Source of the DNA: Podarcis tiliguerta
Taxonomy: Eukaryota
Reading direction: 5' to 3' (one strand)
Length of the DNA: 64,000 bases
NCBI GenBank assembly: GCA_965153285.1
Contig: OZ229117.1
In this document: positions 48,001-59,300 of the stretch, one piece after another
How positions within the stretch are numbered: position 1 is the stretch's first letter
Layout of the letters: each line of letters opens with the position of its first letter
Translations under genes and position numbers: made by a program
The notes under the pieces: generated by a model
The model's input: only the letters and a program-made list of their open reading frames with translations
Database searches by the model: none
Told to the model about the DNA's origin: nothing

Positions 48001-51000
48001 GAGATGGGTCAAGGGACTGGTCTGCCCCTGGCACACATCCTTTTTGGTTTTGCTGACCTTGGAGCTTGTTGGGTAAGAGTCATGGAAGATACTGCTGCAG
48101 CAGAGAAAGGGAATCTGAAATGGACTTTCCGGTGCTGGCAGCTCCCCAAACCAGAGATTTCTAGCGGTTTCCTGCTGTAACACTTGCACACTAGCCCCAA
48201 CTCCATGGCTCACCTTTCCAACATCAATTGTTCCAAATCAAGGCCCTCCCTCTGCTGATACTCCTTCAAGAGTCTTTGGGCCTGGCCTGTATCTTCACAA
48301 CAGAGGAAGTCGTCTTCTTCCACAACACTGATGTAGTAAGGTTGGAACTCAGGGACACAGCTGGGCATGATTTGCTCTTCCCCAGGTGGATTATGGGAGT
48401 GCAAAGGGTGGGAGGCACTGGGGGGTGCTTCCAGGCTGAGACCTTGAAACTGTGCGGCGCAATCTCCTTCTCTGAGCAAAGAGTCCGACACTGCAAGCAA
48501 GTCACGGCTGTGGCCTGTAATGTATTCAGAAGCAGCCGCTTCATTGCCTTCTCCCCAGTCATCTGCTTCCTCACACCAGTCCTTGGCTGCAAGCAGACAT
48601 TCTTGCTTCTGTGAATACAAGGACACAACCTTAGACAGGTTTCAAATCAAAGGTCCTGGAAAGAAGCTGACATTTGATATTTTATAAGTAGTACAGCCCC
48701 ACAGAAATAAAGCAAGAATTTCCAGAGGGGTAGATGCTGCATGAGTCTGTTGCAGAAAAACAACAACAAAAAGTTTTGTTGCACCTTAAAGACTCATTTT
48801 TTCATGGGTGCCAGTGGTGGGCTGCAGTCCTCAAAAAGTGATGTCATCAGAAACTTGTTACGTTTTTTTAAGGATAGCTTTATTGATTTTTTTGAAAATA
48901 ATGTCCCCCCCCCTTAACAAAAATATTTCGAGGTATACAGTGAAAATGCAGTGTAAAACTACACCGTCAGTAGTCTAAAGCGTAGAATATTATTTAACCA
49001 AGAGCAACCAAAAAGGTTTGGATGATTATGAGAATTCAGGGTTGTTTTTCTTCTCCATGTAATCCATAAAACTACAACATCAGTTGTAAATAAATCTCTG
49101 TCCTTTAGTCATATTTTGTTTGTCAATTTCTTTATTAGGGCGACTTGTCAAACTCTTCTAAGCCGATTCAATAATAGGCTATAATATACTTACAAAACTG
49201 GGCTACAAGAAACTTGTTCATTTTAACTCTTTGCAGTTTTTGCTACAAATATATAAGCAGGGTTAAACAGCACACTCTCCCTGAACACATGCACAGAGAG
49301 TCTCTTTGATCTCTACAAATCAACATACGCAGAGCATGTGTTCTCATCCTCATGCTGGCATGCTGAGCAGGAAGGTTTAAACCGCCTCCCCTCCCAAACA
49401 TGCCATGATGCCAAGGGGCGTGAGAGGGAAATCATCCATGCCTGTTTAGGAGCAGCAGGCAACATTGTGCAGCTGCTATGTTTGTAAGAGGGAAGAGATG
49501 CTAAAAGTCTCAGGTACTACAAGGCCAAATGTCAGTTACCTTTGGCCACCTGCTATTATTACCTAAAGCAGGGGTTGTCAACCTGGTCCCTACCGCTCAC
49601 TAGTGGGTGTTTCAGGATTCTAGGTGGGCGGTAGGGGGCTCTACGGCATAAGCTGAATCCTCCTTCCATCGAGCGCTGGTGGGCGGTAAGGAAATTTTAC
49701 CATCAGGAAAGATGCATTAGTGGGCGGTAGGTATAAAAAGGTTGACTACCCCTGACCTAAAGAAAATGTCCCTGATGGTGCACAATACCTGCTTCCATTT
49801 GCAGTCTTGCATTTCTTTTCCTTGCACTTGCAGATACTGGGACCGCAAAACCTTCCAGCTTTAGATGTGCAGCAAGCCAAGCAGGATGAAAGAAACGGAA
49901 GTCATGTTGGTGGGTCAAAGTTTTCAAGTTTCATAGTATTACTACTAGCATAGTGTAGGGGGCTAAAATATAAATCAGGCAGCCCGTGATTTGATTCCCT
50001 TCTCCATCACTAGGTGGTTTTGGAAATACAAAAAGCTACCTTACCTTACACTAGGGTCAGACCTTCTTTCTCAGTATCGTTTACACTGACTGGCAGTGGC
50101 AATCCAGCATTTCAGAAAAGAGTCATTTACTTTCCTACCTGGAGATGCCAGAGATTAAAACAGGGACTTTCATGATACAAAGCATGAACTCTACCCATGG
50201 GCAGATGCCACTCTCACTAATCTGCAATAAGGGATAGAACTGACTTACCTTGCAAGGTTGGAAGGATTGCTGAGAGAGCTTTGAACATGCTATAAAGTAT
50301 TTATTTTTTTACTTAAGTATATGACTCTAGCATCCAAGAGCCACTTTCAGCACTGCCGCCATCACAGAGCAAAGGCAAATAAACTGCCACACACCTTTTG
50401 GAGTTCCCCCAGCAGCTTTTCATTGTGCAAGCAAACACGTTAATGATGCGGTGGAACGGTGAGCCTTCAAGGGGGCAATAGATCTGAACAATGTGTGCCA
50501 AGCCAGCCTTGCAAACCTCACAGGCAGGATGAACCAGAGTGACTGAAGGGACACAGTCCTAGGGTAAAAAGGAAAAAAGTAGGTTATTTTTAAATTGTGT
50601 TTTCAGCAAAAAGACCCTCCCAAAAGTGGCTCAGATTTGGCACTGGCATTGCAGCACTTGTCCCTTAAAACTACTCTCTGATCTGCAGCACTCCCTTGTT
50701 CTACTCATCACAACAACCCATTAATAAAAATGAGTATGGTGGTGGTTCAGCAATTATGCCACATATGTCTTTTTCAGATATCATCATAAGCCACAGTTTG
50801 TCTCAAAACAAGCCACTTGGATCACCATTATGACGTGACATGTAACCTGAAGCTTATGCTTCACTTCAGAGTGAAGTTTTGTTTTCAGTTTTATTTCTGG
50901 CTAACCCATTATGGTTTAACAAACAAACCATGGTTTAGGTTCAGACAACACGACAAGTTGCACTGTGGTTTGCTTGAGCTGCACGGGCACCATATGTGTG

Positions 51001-52516
51001 GGGTTGGCCTGCGGGGAGGTAAGAACTGTGTGGTGACTTGTGTAGCAGTGAGGAGGCACATTTATAATTAAATCATGGTCTAAGATTAAATCAGGATTTA
51101 AAACGGTCTAATATGAACTGTGTCCTATTATAGCATGCAAACCAGTCCATCAGGTGGCAGTGGCCACCAGTTTAGATGGTTTTCAAAGGGAAATTAGACA
51201 GCTTCATGAGGAATGAGACATCTACCAATGGCTACCAGTCATTCTACAGAGTCTTTAACCAAAATGCTCAAGGGGGTGCAAAGACTCTTATGAAAAAGGA
51301 TGCACAGTCTGGAACTTTTCAGTTTAGAGCAAAGGCAACTAAGAGGTGACATGATACAAGTTTATAAAATTATGCTTGGCATAGAGAAAGTGGATAGACA
51401 AAAGTTTTTCTCCCTGTCTAATAACACTAGAACTTATGGACATCCAATGAAGCTGGGTGTTGGAAGATTCAGGACAGAGAAAAGTATGCACCTCTTCACA
51501 CAGCACAGAGTTCAAACTATAGAATTTGCTCCTACAGGAGGCAATGATGGCCACCAAGTTGGATGACTTTAAAAGAGGATTAGACAAATTCATGGAGGAA
51601 GGGGCTATCGATGGGTACTTCTTGTGATGGCTATGCTCTGCCTCTACACTTAAGAGGTAACAATGCTTCTGAAAAACAAATGCTGGAATCTACTGGAGGG
51701 GAGAGTGCTTTTGTGCTCAAGCATAAATACAGTAGCAGTTAGGAAGGGAACAACAGGAGTGAAGGCCCATGGCCTTCATGCTCTGCTTGGAGGATTCGTG
51801 GGGGAGTAGGAGCCAGAAGGCCTCTTTGGCACAACCCAGCTTTGGGTTCTTATCCGATTACTCTATTCAAGGAAGTGAAACACAGAAAGCTGCTTTGCAG
51901 AGCCTGCCCAGGAACACTGGTGTTACTTTCCAGGCAGACTCAGCGTCAGAGATGCCGGGGACTGAAAGTGGGACCATATTTAGGGTACAAAGAGCATAAG
52001 CTATATAGAGCCCTTCCCTTCAGAAATCTGACTTTCGGACTGCGGTTTAAAGCCCAAGCAACGTCGTCCACAGCTGGCTGCACAGTCACTGAATGGCTTT
52101 GCAGCAGTCACTTAAGTGCCACCTCCGAGCATTTTTTCAGCAGCGATTCCGTTTTATTGCCACAGCTACCCTACCTGCGGGTTCCTGGACTCACACTGGG
52201 CTTTACTTCCGAGTAAACCCGCATAAACTCGGACTGAGAACCGAGGTGAAGGGACGATTTTGGGGACATTTTTTTTAAGAGGTGGAGGGAGGCGGTTTCT
52301 CTCCCCCCCCCCCGCGCCAAAAGCACCGAGGAGGCTCAGAAACGGCCCTACGCCCAGTCCCTGCCACGCAGCCCGCCGCCGCCTCCTCACCGCAGAGCCG
52401 CCTATTTTGCTCGCCGCCCCGTGGAGCTGAAGGAGGCCGCCCTGGCAGGAGCCCGTCGGCAGCACAGCCGCATCGCGCAGGCCCAGGAGCACCGGAGGAG
52501 CAGCGCCAGCCGCCAT
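44892..52516 (-). CDS. PDCD2L: PDCD2L (programmed cell death 2-like, uS5/RPS2 chaperone family), complete 7-exon CDS, 1146 nt / 381 aa
   Basis: Exons 52391-52516, 50395-50558, 49789-49858, 48214-48608, 46300-46407, 46047-46198, 44892-45022. Motifs VLLGLRD, QIYCPLEGSPFHR, WKVLRSQ, QILRYSWGGQPL, FEFQLMP, VEFGTALVYTCEKSCW, QEDPDQKLFK*. Confidence 0.96.
45203..45672. mobile_element. hAT non-autonomous element nested in a tRNA-SINE
   Basis: TIRs CAGGGTGGCTCAAC / GTTGGGCCGCCCTG; 8-bp TSD gtgtagac 45195-45202 / 45673-45680. Confidence 0.85.
46047..46198 (-). CDS. PDCD2L: PDCD2L exon 6 (YSWGGQPLFMTCP...FEFQLMPTLVSMLKTRLD)
   Basis: 152 nt, PDCD2_C domain motifs. Confidence 0.95.
46300..46407 (-). 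CDS. PDCD2L: PDCD2L exon 5 (YTSGGEKYEKSEAEKRHQVFLKFMKKISLCPEQIL)
   Basis: 108 nt, AG/GT flanks. Confidence 0.93.
46901..47143 (+). mobile_element. Sauria SINE, 5'-truncated (PDCD2L intron 4)
   Basis: Matches the 3' part of the other copies; TSD taa(c/t)actgaccactg 46886-46900 / 47144-47158. Confidence 0.9.
48214..48608 (-). CDS. PDCD2L: PDCD2L exon 4 (KQECLLAAKDWCEEADDWG...FQPYYISVVEEDD...LMLE)
   Basis: 395 nt, within ORF 48210..48626. Confidence 0.94.
48860..49207 (-). mobile_element. L1-like 3' fragment inserted next to a Penelope-like remnant
   Basis: TSD agaaacttgtt 48849-48859 / 49208-49218; AATAAA plus A-tail on minus; FMDYMEK-like ORF2 end; flank GCACCTTAAAGACT typical of Penelope. 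Confidence 0.6.
49569..49754. mobile_element. hAT MITE
   Basis: TIRs CAGGGGTTGTCAACC / GGTTGACTACCCCTG; 8-bp TSD acctaaag. Confidence 0.88.
49789..49858 (-). CDS. PDCD2L: PDCD2L exon 3 (WKVLRSQYLQVQGKEMQDCKWKQ)
   Basis: 70 nt, AG/GT flanks. Confidence 0.92.
50395..50558 (-). CDS. PDCD2L: PDCD2L exon 2 (DCVPSVTLVHPACEVCKAGLAHIVQIYCPLEGSPFHRIINVFACTMKSCWGNSK)
   Basis: 164 nt, AG/GT flanks. Confidence 0.95.
51250..51720 (+). mobile_element. CR1 LINE 3' fragment (PDCD2L intron 1)
   Basis: ORF 51300..51566 LELFSLEQRQLRGDMIQVYKIM...TRTYGHPMKL is the CR1 ORF2 C-terminus. Confidence 0.87.
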
Positions 52517-52700
52517 GGGCAGAGCGACGGGGCAGCCCGGCCCTCGGCGTGACAAACACGTGGGGCCCGGGGGAAGCCCGGAAGCCGCGGCGGCCGACGT
52601 CAGAGTTTACGTGTATAAGGCAGCCGAGGCGCGCCAAAGCTCTTCAGTTCGCGAAAGCCTCCCGCGCCAGGCGTATGGAAGGGAGTTGAGCAGGGGGAGA
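52280..52700. promoter_or_regulatory. PDCD2L CpG island / promoter
   Basis: CpG-rich; E-box, ETS, CRE-like and E2F-like motifs at 52557-52656. Confidence 0.8.
52391..52516 (-). CDS. PDCD2L: PDCD2L exon 1 (MAAGAAPPVLLGLRDAAV...ASKIGGSA)
   Basis: ATG 52516, donor GCG|GTGAGG, 126 nt, phase 0. Confidence 0.93.
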
Positions 52701-54444
52701 GGGAAGGAGGTCGAGCTCCAGGCAGAGCAGGATGGACGAGTAGGGGGACGGGCATCGCCTGTGGGGCTTCCTGCCTCCATTGGACTCTCATTCCCAGCAC
52801 CTCTAGCCATAGGGCTTGTGTCCAGCAGCCTTGGGAAAGCCACATAGCTAGTTCGCCAACCCGCGGATAGGAGCAAAACACCGAGGGACGCTATAGTATA
52901 CCTTTTTTATTGCATGCATTTCTACACATCCTATTTATCCAAAAGAGTTCAGGGTGGCGCACACGGTTCCCCTACCTTCCATTTAACCCTTACAATAACC
53001 CTGTAGGTAGGTTAGGATGAGAGACAGTGGGTGGCCCAAGCTTTTCAATAGCTAAAAGACAAGACACTGAAGGGCACCAGGTTACAGAAGGCTGACGAAA
53101 TCACTAGTTAGGATAAGCTGTATTCTTTAATAGCGCAAGATCTTAGCTATTCTTAACAAAACAAAAAACCGCATGCACACGTGGAATTTATGAGTGCTGT
53201 TAAAATGTGCTTTCGTTCCCCTTTTCTTTTTAATTAGTGATCTTTAGTGACTTCTGGGGCAGTCCTTCCATTCTGAGAGGAACAAAGGTTGCTAGACAAA
53301 AAGCAGCCCACGCTGAGTGTTCTGGTAAGCTTAGTGCCATTTTCATATTTATTTAAACCAAGTTTACTGTTTTCAAATGTATGAATTTGCTGGACAATCG
53401 TATATTCCAATTCGCTTCTCCAATGACTAAAAGCTATTGAATGAGTGTTACACAGGCCTCTTTCTGAAACCTACTCCCTTTTGTCTCCTCCCCCATTCTT
53501 TACCCTTTGCCATCTAAATGAAATTAGACCAAAGACCACCAGTTATTCTCTCCAGCCTTAATGCATCATTCAAAACCTGTGACCAGGCACCCACAAATCT
53601 TATTATACTATAGAATTACCGGTATGTGTGCTGATAGAGAAGGCAGATACATAAGCAGAGATACTAAGCAATACCATTTAAATGAAGGTCAGAGGCTTCC
53701 ACTCCAGGCCTCATTTGGAAATAAGCCCTGATGAAGAACATGTAACATAATTCTGAATAAATATGTGTAAGGTTGGATTTTCATTACTGTCTGGAGATTT
53801 TCAGAAGGAAGGATGCTAATTACTAGGCAAAACAGTGTTTTTCCATGAGATAGAAAATAAATGTCCAGGCTCTTTCCATAAACATTAATAATTTCAAAGT
53901 GAACAAGCTGCAGAATTCAGGTTCATGCTGGGCATGGATCATCCCAGTGAAATAAAAGATGGCAAAACTTTTCTAGTTTGTGATGACCCTGAGTTCCTGC
54001 CCCCTCTGTACCAAGCCTTAATATAAAAACATGTACTATCCCCCCCCCCATTCTTTCCTTACAAAAAGTGCATTTAGTAAGTTTGCAAGAGGTTGCAAAT
54101 TCAGATTTAGATCATGTATGTATTCAGATGTCATTTAAAACCATATTAATTTTATGAGAAAAATATATTGCTAAAATCTTTTAAATTTCCAATTTGCTAA
54201 AAAATATATAATTTTATCTATCGCAGTTATAAGCCCTGCCAATTTCTTTCCAGAGTTGAAAGGTTACAGTATGATGAAAGAGAACACATAAAGGAAATTA
54301 CAGGGTTTATCCCATACACTTGCACAATACTAAACAATGGACTCAAAATCAGCACTGTTAAATTGGACCCCCCCCCCATAACCCTATTCAGGGCAGGTTT
54401 ACAAAACAAGGATAAGCTAGAAAAAAACTTTCACAAAGACAGTT

Positions 54445-54463
54445 TTTATTGAACTGTTTTATT
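54445..54463 (-). terminator. LSM14A tandem poly(A) signals
   Basis: AATAAA (minus) at 54458-54463 and 54445-54450, ending an AT-rich, repeat-free ~1.85 kb 3'UTR. Confidence 0.7.
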
Positions 54464-56301
54464 CTGGCTCAAAATAAAAGCCCCATTTTTCTGTAGCAAG
54501 GTACACTGAAGGTATGTCATGCTGCCGTTCACTGGGGTAAAAACACACCCCAACTAGTAAACCCAAAGGATTGGTAGATAAGACGAATTCATACCTTCAC
54601 AGAATGTCTCATTGGTATTTACAACGTATCTGGTTTAAATAAACTTGGGACACCTCATACAGTATACATACTTATTGCGACATTACAGCACTTGCCTTTT
54701 GTCTAAAAAAAAAAAATCAAAACTGCTCAGTATCATGATTTGTGGATCCCAAAAAGGCATTGTTGTTAACATGCAAAATAGTACTAAACAATAGTATCTA
54801 ACTTCTACTGCTTCCAAATACTTGACCTCATAAGTAAACCAATTACAAAATACTTCCTTATAGTGCTATACAAAAAGATATAAAATTATGATTCTATCAC
54901 TTAAATATTCCCATTTTCTAACAGTGCAGTTATCCACATTTTATCACTACTGAACATAAAGGAGAAACAAAAGAAGATCAGCAAATTAGGTAAAAATTGT
55001 TTAATCTTTGGATCCCTTTATTCCTGTGGCTTTCATACACACATACAAAATACAAGTTACCAAATTACTGTTTCTAATTATAACTTAATGTCAAAAAAGT
55101 CATAACTAGTATTTCAGAATTGGCAAAAGTTTACTCCATACCAAATCACTTGTTGGGATAAGAATAAGCAGTCAATGTCTCCAAGCTACAGTTCATCAAA
55201 ACTCAAGCAATTGCAAACACTAAATAGTCACTTTTAAATTGAGTATGTCAACATTAAAACAGAGTCAACATTTCAAGAATCAACACATGGAGACATGTCA
55301 TTTTTATTCCGGGCACATCAAAGGAAACGTAAGAACTTGTGTGTGCCTGGGTCATTTTTACTTCAAGAGTTATCACTAATATGAACTGTGAATTGTGACA
55401 TGAGTGTTGAAGTTTGTCTTCATTTGAAAAAAGCCCATTAATCTGGTCAAATCCTGCAATATGCCAAAACCTACAAAATGAATTTCTTGCAAGAGAATTA
55501 TTTTATCCAGTTTTTATATAATGGAAGAACATCTAAAATGTTTATTTTTAGTCAAAATATAAAAATCAAACAAGTTTAAAGCTGAACAGCTATGAGGAAC
55601 CGCCCCTGCAAAACAACTAATGTGTGTGGTGTGTTTGTGTTTTAGCATTTCAACCCAGCAGGTTTGTAGACTTAAAAATGTTTATTCTTAAAAAATTAGT
55701 TGCTTTTATACAGCTATACAAAGTCTTTAGTGTTTCTTTGGCAATGGGATAATCATGGAATTTTACAACTATAAAAAGTTTTCCTTTGCCTAAGAAACAG
55801 GATTTACTGTGTTTACATTGTTTTTGACTGACAAAAATCAAGTTTTCTATTGCCCAGCACCCTATTTGACAAAGAGCACAACCATCTCAAAAGGGAGATT
55901 AAAGGATTTCCAAAAACAACCTTCACTGGCTCAACACACTCACAGTACTGACGGCCTTCTGCATACAATTGTCTTTGCAGCCTGCAGTAGTAATCAAATA
56001 CAATTTGATAAATTCTTTTTGTGATGAAAAAAATACTTAAAAACTCCACTGAAGTACTGCTTTATATTTTAACTCTATGTAAGAAATTACTTAAGTCTTC
56101 TATCTCAAATATATTTAATGCTCATTGTTTTTGAAGATGGCCATTTTTTCTCCAAAAAGAGTTCTGCTCCATACCCCTTTGAAATTAAAAACAAACCCCA
56201 GTGCTGGTGACGAGTTTTACAGCAAATTAACAATTCTTTGCAAAGACTGACACATTCTCTGGATCATGAAGATCTACAGGTCCACTTGCGTTCAACTTCA
56301 G

Positions 56302-56325
56302 CTATGCAGCAACTTTGTTGTCTTT
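56302..56325 (-). CDS. LSM14A: LSM14A terminal exon coding part KDNKVAA*
   Basis: Long polypyrimidine tract + TAG acceptor, stop TAG 56302-56304. Confidence 0.9.
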   Translation of the reverse strand, partial: KDNKVAA

Positions 56326-59300
56326 CTAAAATAAGAAAAAAGAAAAAAAATTACTTCCCAACCAATGCCAGTTTAGTCAAATTAATCAAGAACAGTAACA
56401 GATAAAAGGCTCAAACTAGAGAAGGCAACGTTAACAGTATTCAAAATGGGGCCCAAATCTCTCTAGATTGCATCAGTCATAATTCCAGTTAGCAAAGTCA
56501 ATTCCAAAATGCCTTCTAAAGCTAGAAATCACTGCAAGAGTGGCTTACTCTTGTGTGCAGAAACCTCTGTAGCCCAACTCAGCTACAGGGTACCTCAGGG
56601 ACCACCGGATCTCAGCTCAATCACAGAGCTCACCTGCAGGAGCGCCACTGGTTGTTCCCCAAGTTGGCAAGGCTCATTTGGCTGCAAAGAAAACTCATGC
56701 CCAGTATTTAAGAGATTTTATGAGATGATTTGTTTTTTGATTCTCTCATCCAGTATTAAACATATGTACTATTATTGCAGTTTTTTCAAGGCTTTTGTCA
56801 TGCTTTTTGTATTTTTAATGAAGTAATGAGTGGCTATATCTTGTTCTGATTGTGTGGCATTGTAGCTATTTTTATTTCTGAAATTATTGAATGCAGTGCC
56901 TATGGCTATAAGCAACAGATATAGGGTAGGGAACTTGTGGGAGTTATGAACTACAGCTCCCATCATACTGTTGGCTGGGCCTGGAGTTGAAGTACCTCAA
57001 GTGAGAAGGCCACCAGTTCCCCATCCCTGCAGCAGCGTTTGTAAGCAATTACCCTATATTCAAAATCCGCAAATTCTCTGCCGCCACGTCCACCTCTGAA
57101 TCCACCACGAAATCCTCGAGGGGCGCCATAATTTCCTCTTGTGCCTCCACGTCCTCTTCCACCCCGGAAGCCACCAACTCCTCCTCCACCTCCTCTACCT
57201 CTGTAGCCCCCCCGGCCACGGTTTGGACGCAATGGAATTCCAAATGTCTCTGCATTTAGTCTTCTTTCTTCAGCCCAGGTTGGTCTTCGGTCTCTGGAAC
57301 ATGCAAGTGACAAGAAAACTAACTCCAGATCACTATCATTTTCATCAGAAGGAGTATTGATGCCAAAGACAGTTTGACGTTTTCAAGCTGCTTAGTACGC
57401 TAATATGCACACAGTGAAACTGCACAGTAGCATCACTGTGCAGGAGTGGCATTCCAAACTCCACTTTTGGAACATTTACATTGAGAGCATGGCAAGAGTG
57501 AAAAAACAGTTTCTCAAATCAGAACCAAGTTATATCATCCCAATTACCCATTGGCTGCCTGAGTGAAGAATTTCCTGGTTAATGTTACTAGCAGCTGTCA
57601 GATTAGTTGTCACTTGCCTCATGAGGTCTCCTGATGTTTTACCATGTGAGGCATGGTTCACCAATATCTGGAACATAGCTTTATCAGAATGCTTGACCAG
57701 ACACAGATGGGTGGCCTGGGGAGCTGCTAAATCTGCTAATTACAATGCCAACTGGTTTCCCTTACATCAGGTACATTCAACCGGTCGATCACAATCTACT
57801 GGTAGATCACAGGACAAAATAAATCTGCCAAGGTCTCCCCACCCCGAAATAAAATAAAATAAACTCAACAACTCTTGGCAATGACAATGGGTAGATCACT
57901 GCCAGTTTTTTTATACGGGGAGTAGATTGCAGTCTCTTGGGAGTTGGACGTGCCTGCCTTACATGAACAGGGAGATATCTTCCCATATCCTTCCAGCTTC
58001 TCATTTTTTGTTATGGCAGGGGTATTGAAATACAATTTGCTTTCAGTGGAGCAAGAGTGTAATTTGGTACACTTCTTTGCTGTTATTATTTCATTCCGCA
58101 ACTCTGTATTACTTTTTCTCTGTTACTTTTTTTGGTGTCTTGTCTTGTATATATTTTTAGTGAAAAGTTTACTGTTCCTTAAGACATGTTGATCCACTGA
58201 AGCGGCTCCTACTAAATTAGCTAAGGGAGCACCATGTAAAACAGAACCTTTCATGGTTTGGGAGTAATACCAACTCCTCTGCATCCAGTTTCAGTGAAAT
58301 TAATTACAGGCAATTCCTCTTTATCAAATTACTGATATAGATGCAAATAAAAATGCTGCCTGTTTGATACTTAAGAAGAAATCAAATAGAAAAGTAACAG
58401 AAGGTTTACAGCATATCCCCTTTCCTCTATCAATCCAAGGCCAAAATAATCAAGTCTTACGGAAGGCTCAACCTTTGCCAAGAGCTTAGATACACCAGAA
58501 ATGGAAGGGGATATATGATTCCGCAATGTTTTCACTTTTGAACATCCACTGCAAATTTAAAAACACATCTTTACCAACAAATCTGGTCCTTGCAAGATCA
58601 TGGATTATGGTTTGCTACTTCCTAACAAGCCATGATCAGGAAGCCAATAAACCATGATCCCTGCTTTGAACATACAGTAATGGGAAGTCAAGGCTTCCTG
58701 GCTACATGGAAGAAGTGAAGTAGGAGCAACTGGGAGAGTATAATAATATATAATAACAATTTATTATTTATACCCCGCCCATCTAGCTGAGTTTCCCCAG
58801 CCACTCTGGACGGCTCCCAATCGAGTGTTAAAAACAATACAGCACACTTCTCATTCACAGAAGGCCTGGTATATCATTATGCACAAATGCAGCCAGTCTG
58901 GACCTCTCTGAACTACAGTGTATCCAACCCTCTTTGAATTACAAAGCTGTTACTTTGTTTCATTAACGAAGCCAAATATTTTGCATGCAGCAGTAGCAGC
59001 ATTACATAGGTATAAGGTATAGCGTTTCATTCTGCATTTTAGTATCCATGGATCTTGCCATTTGAAAATTATATTTTCTGCTTGCCCAGTTGACTGCCAA
59101 AAAACAAATCAGGTACCTATTGTCATCACAGGAAATGTTATCAAAGAAAGACTTGGTTTTGTCATAATAGCAGTTGGGTCCAAGTGGATCCTCTTCATCT
59201 GCATTGCCTTCACTGTTCTGGGTATCAACACCTGAGTCACCTTTATCCTCCCCATTTACAGGCTTCTCTGGTTTATCTTCTAACGAATCCAGGGGGCAGG

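Noticed and set aside
56440-56535. Possible alternative LSM14A last exon (human has a KTTAFGP-type isoform)
   Set aside because: Several AG acceptors are present, but none gives a convincing peptide match.
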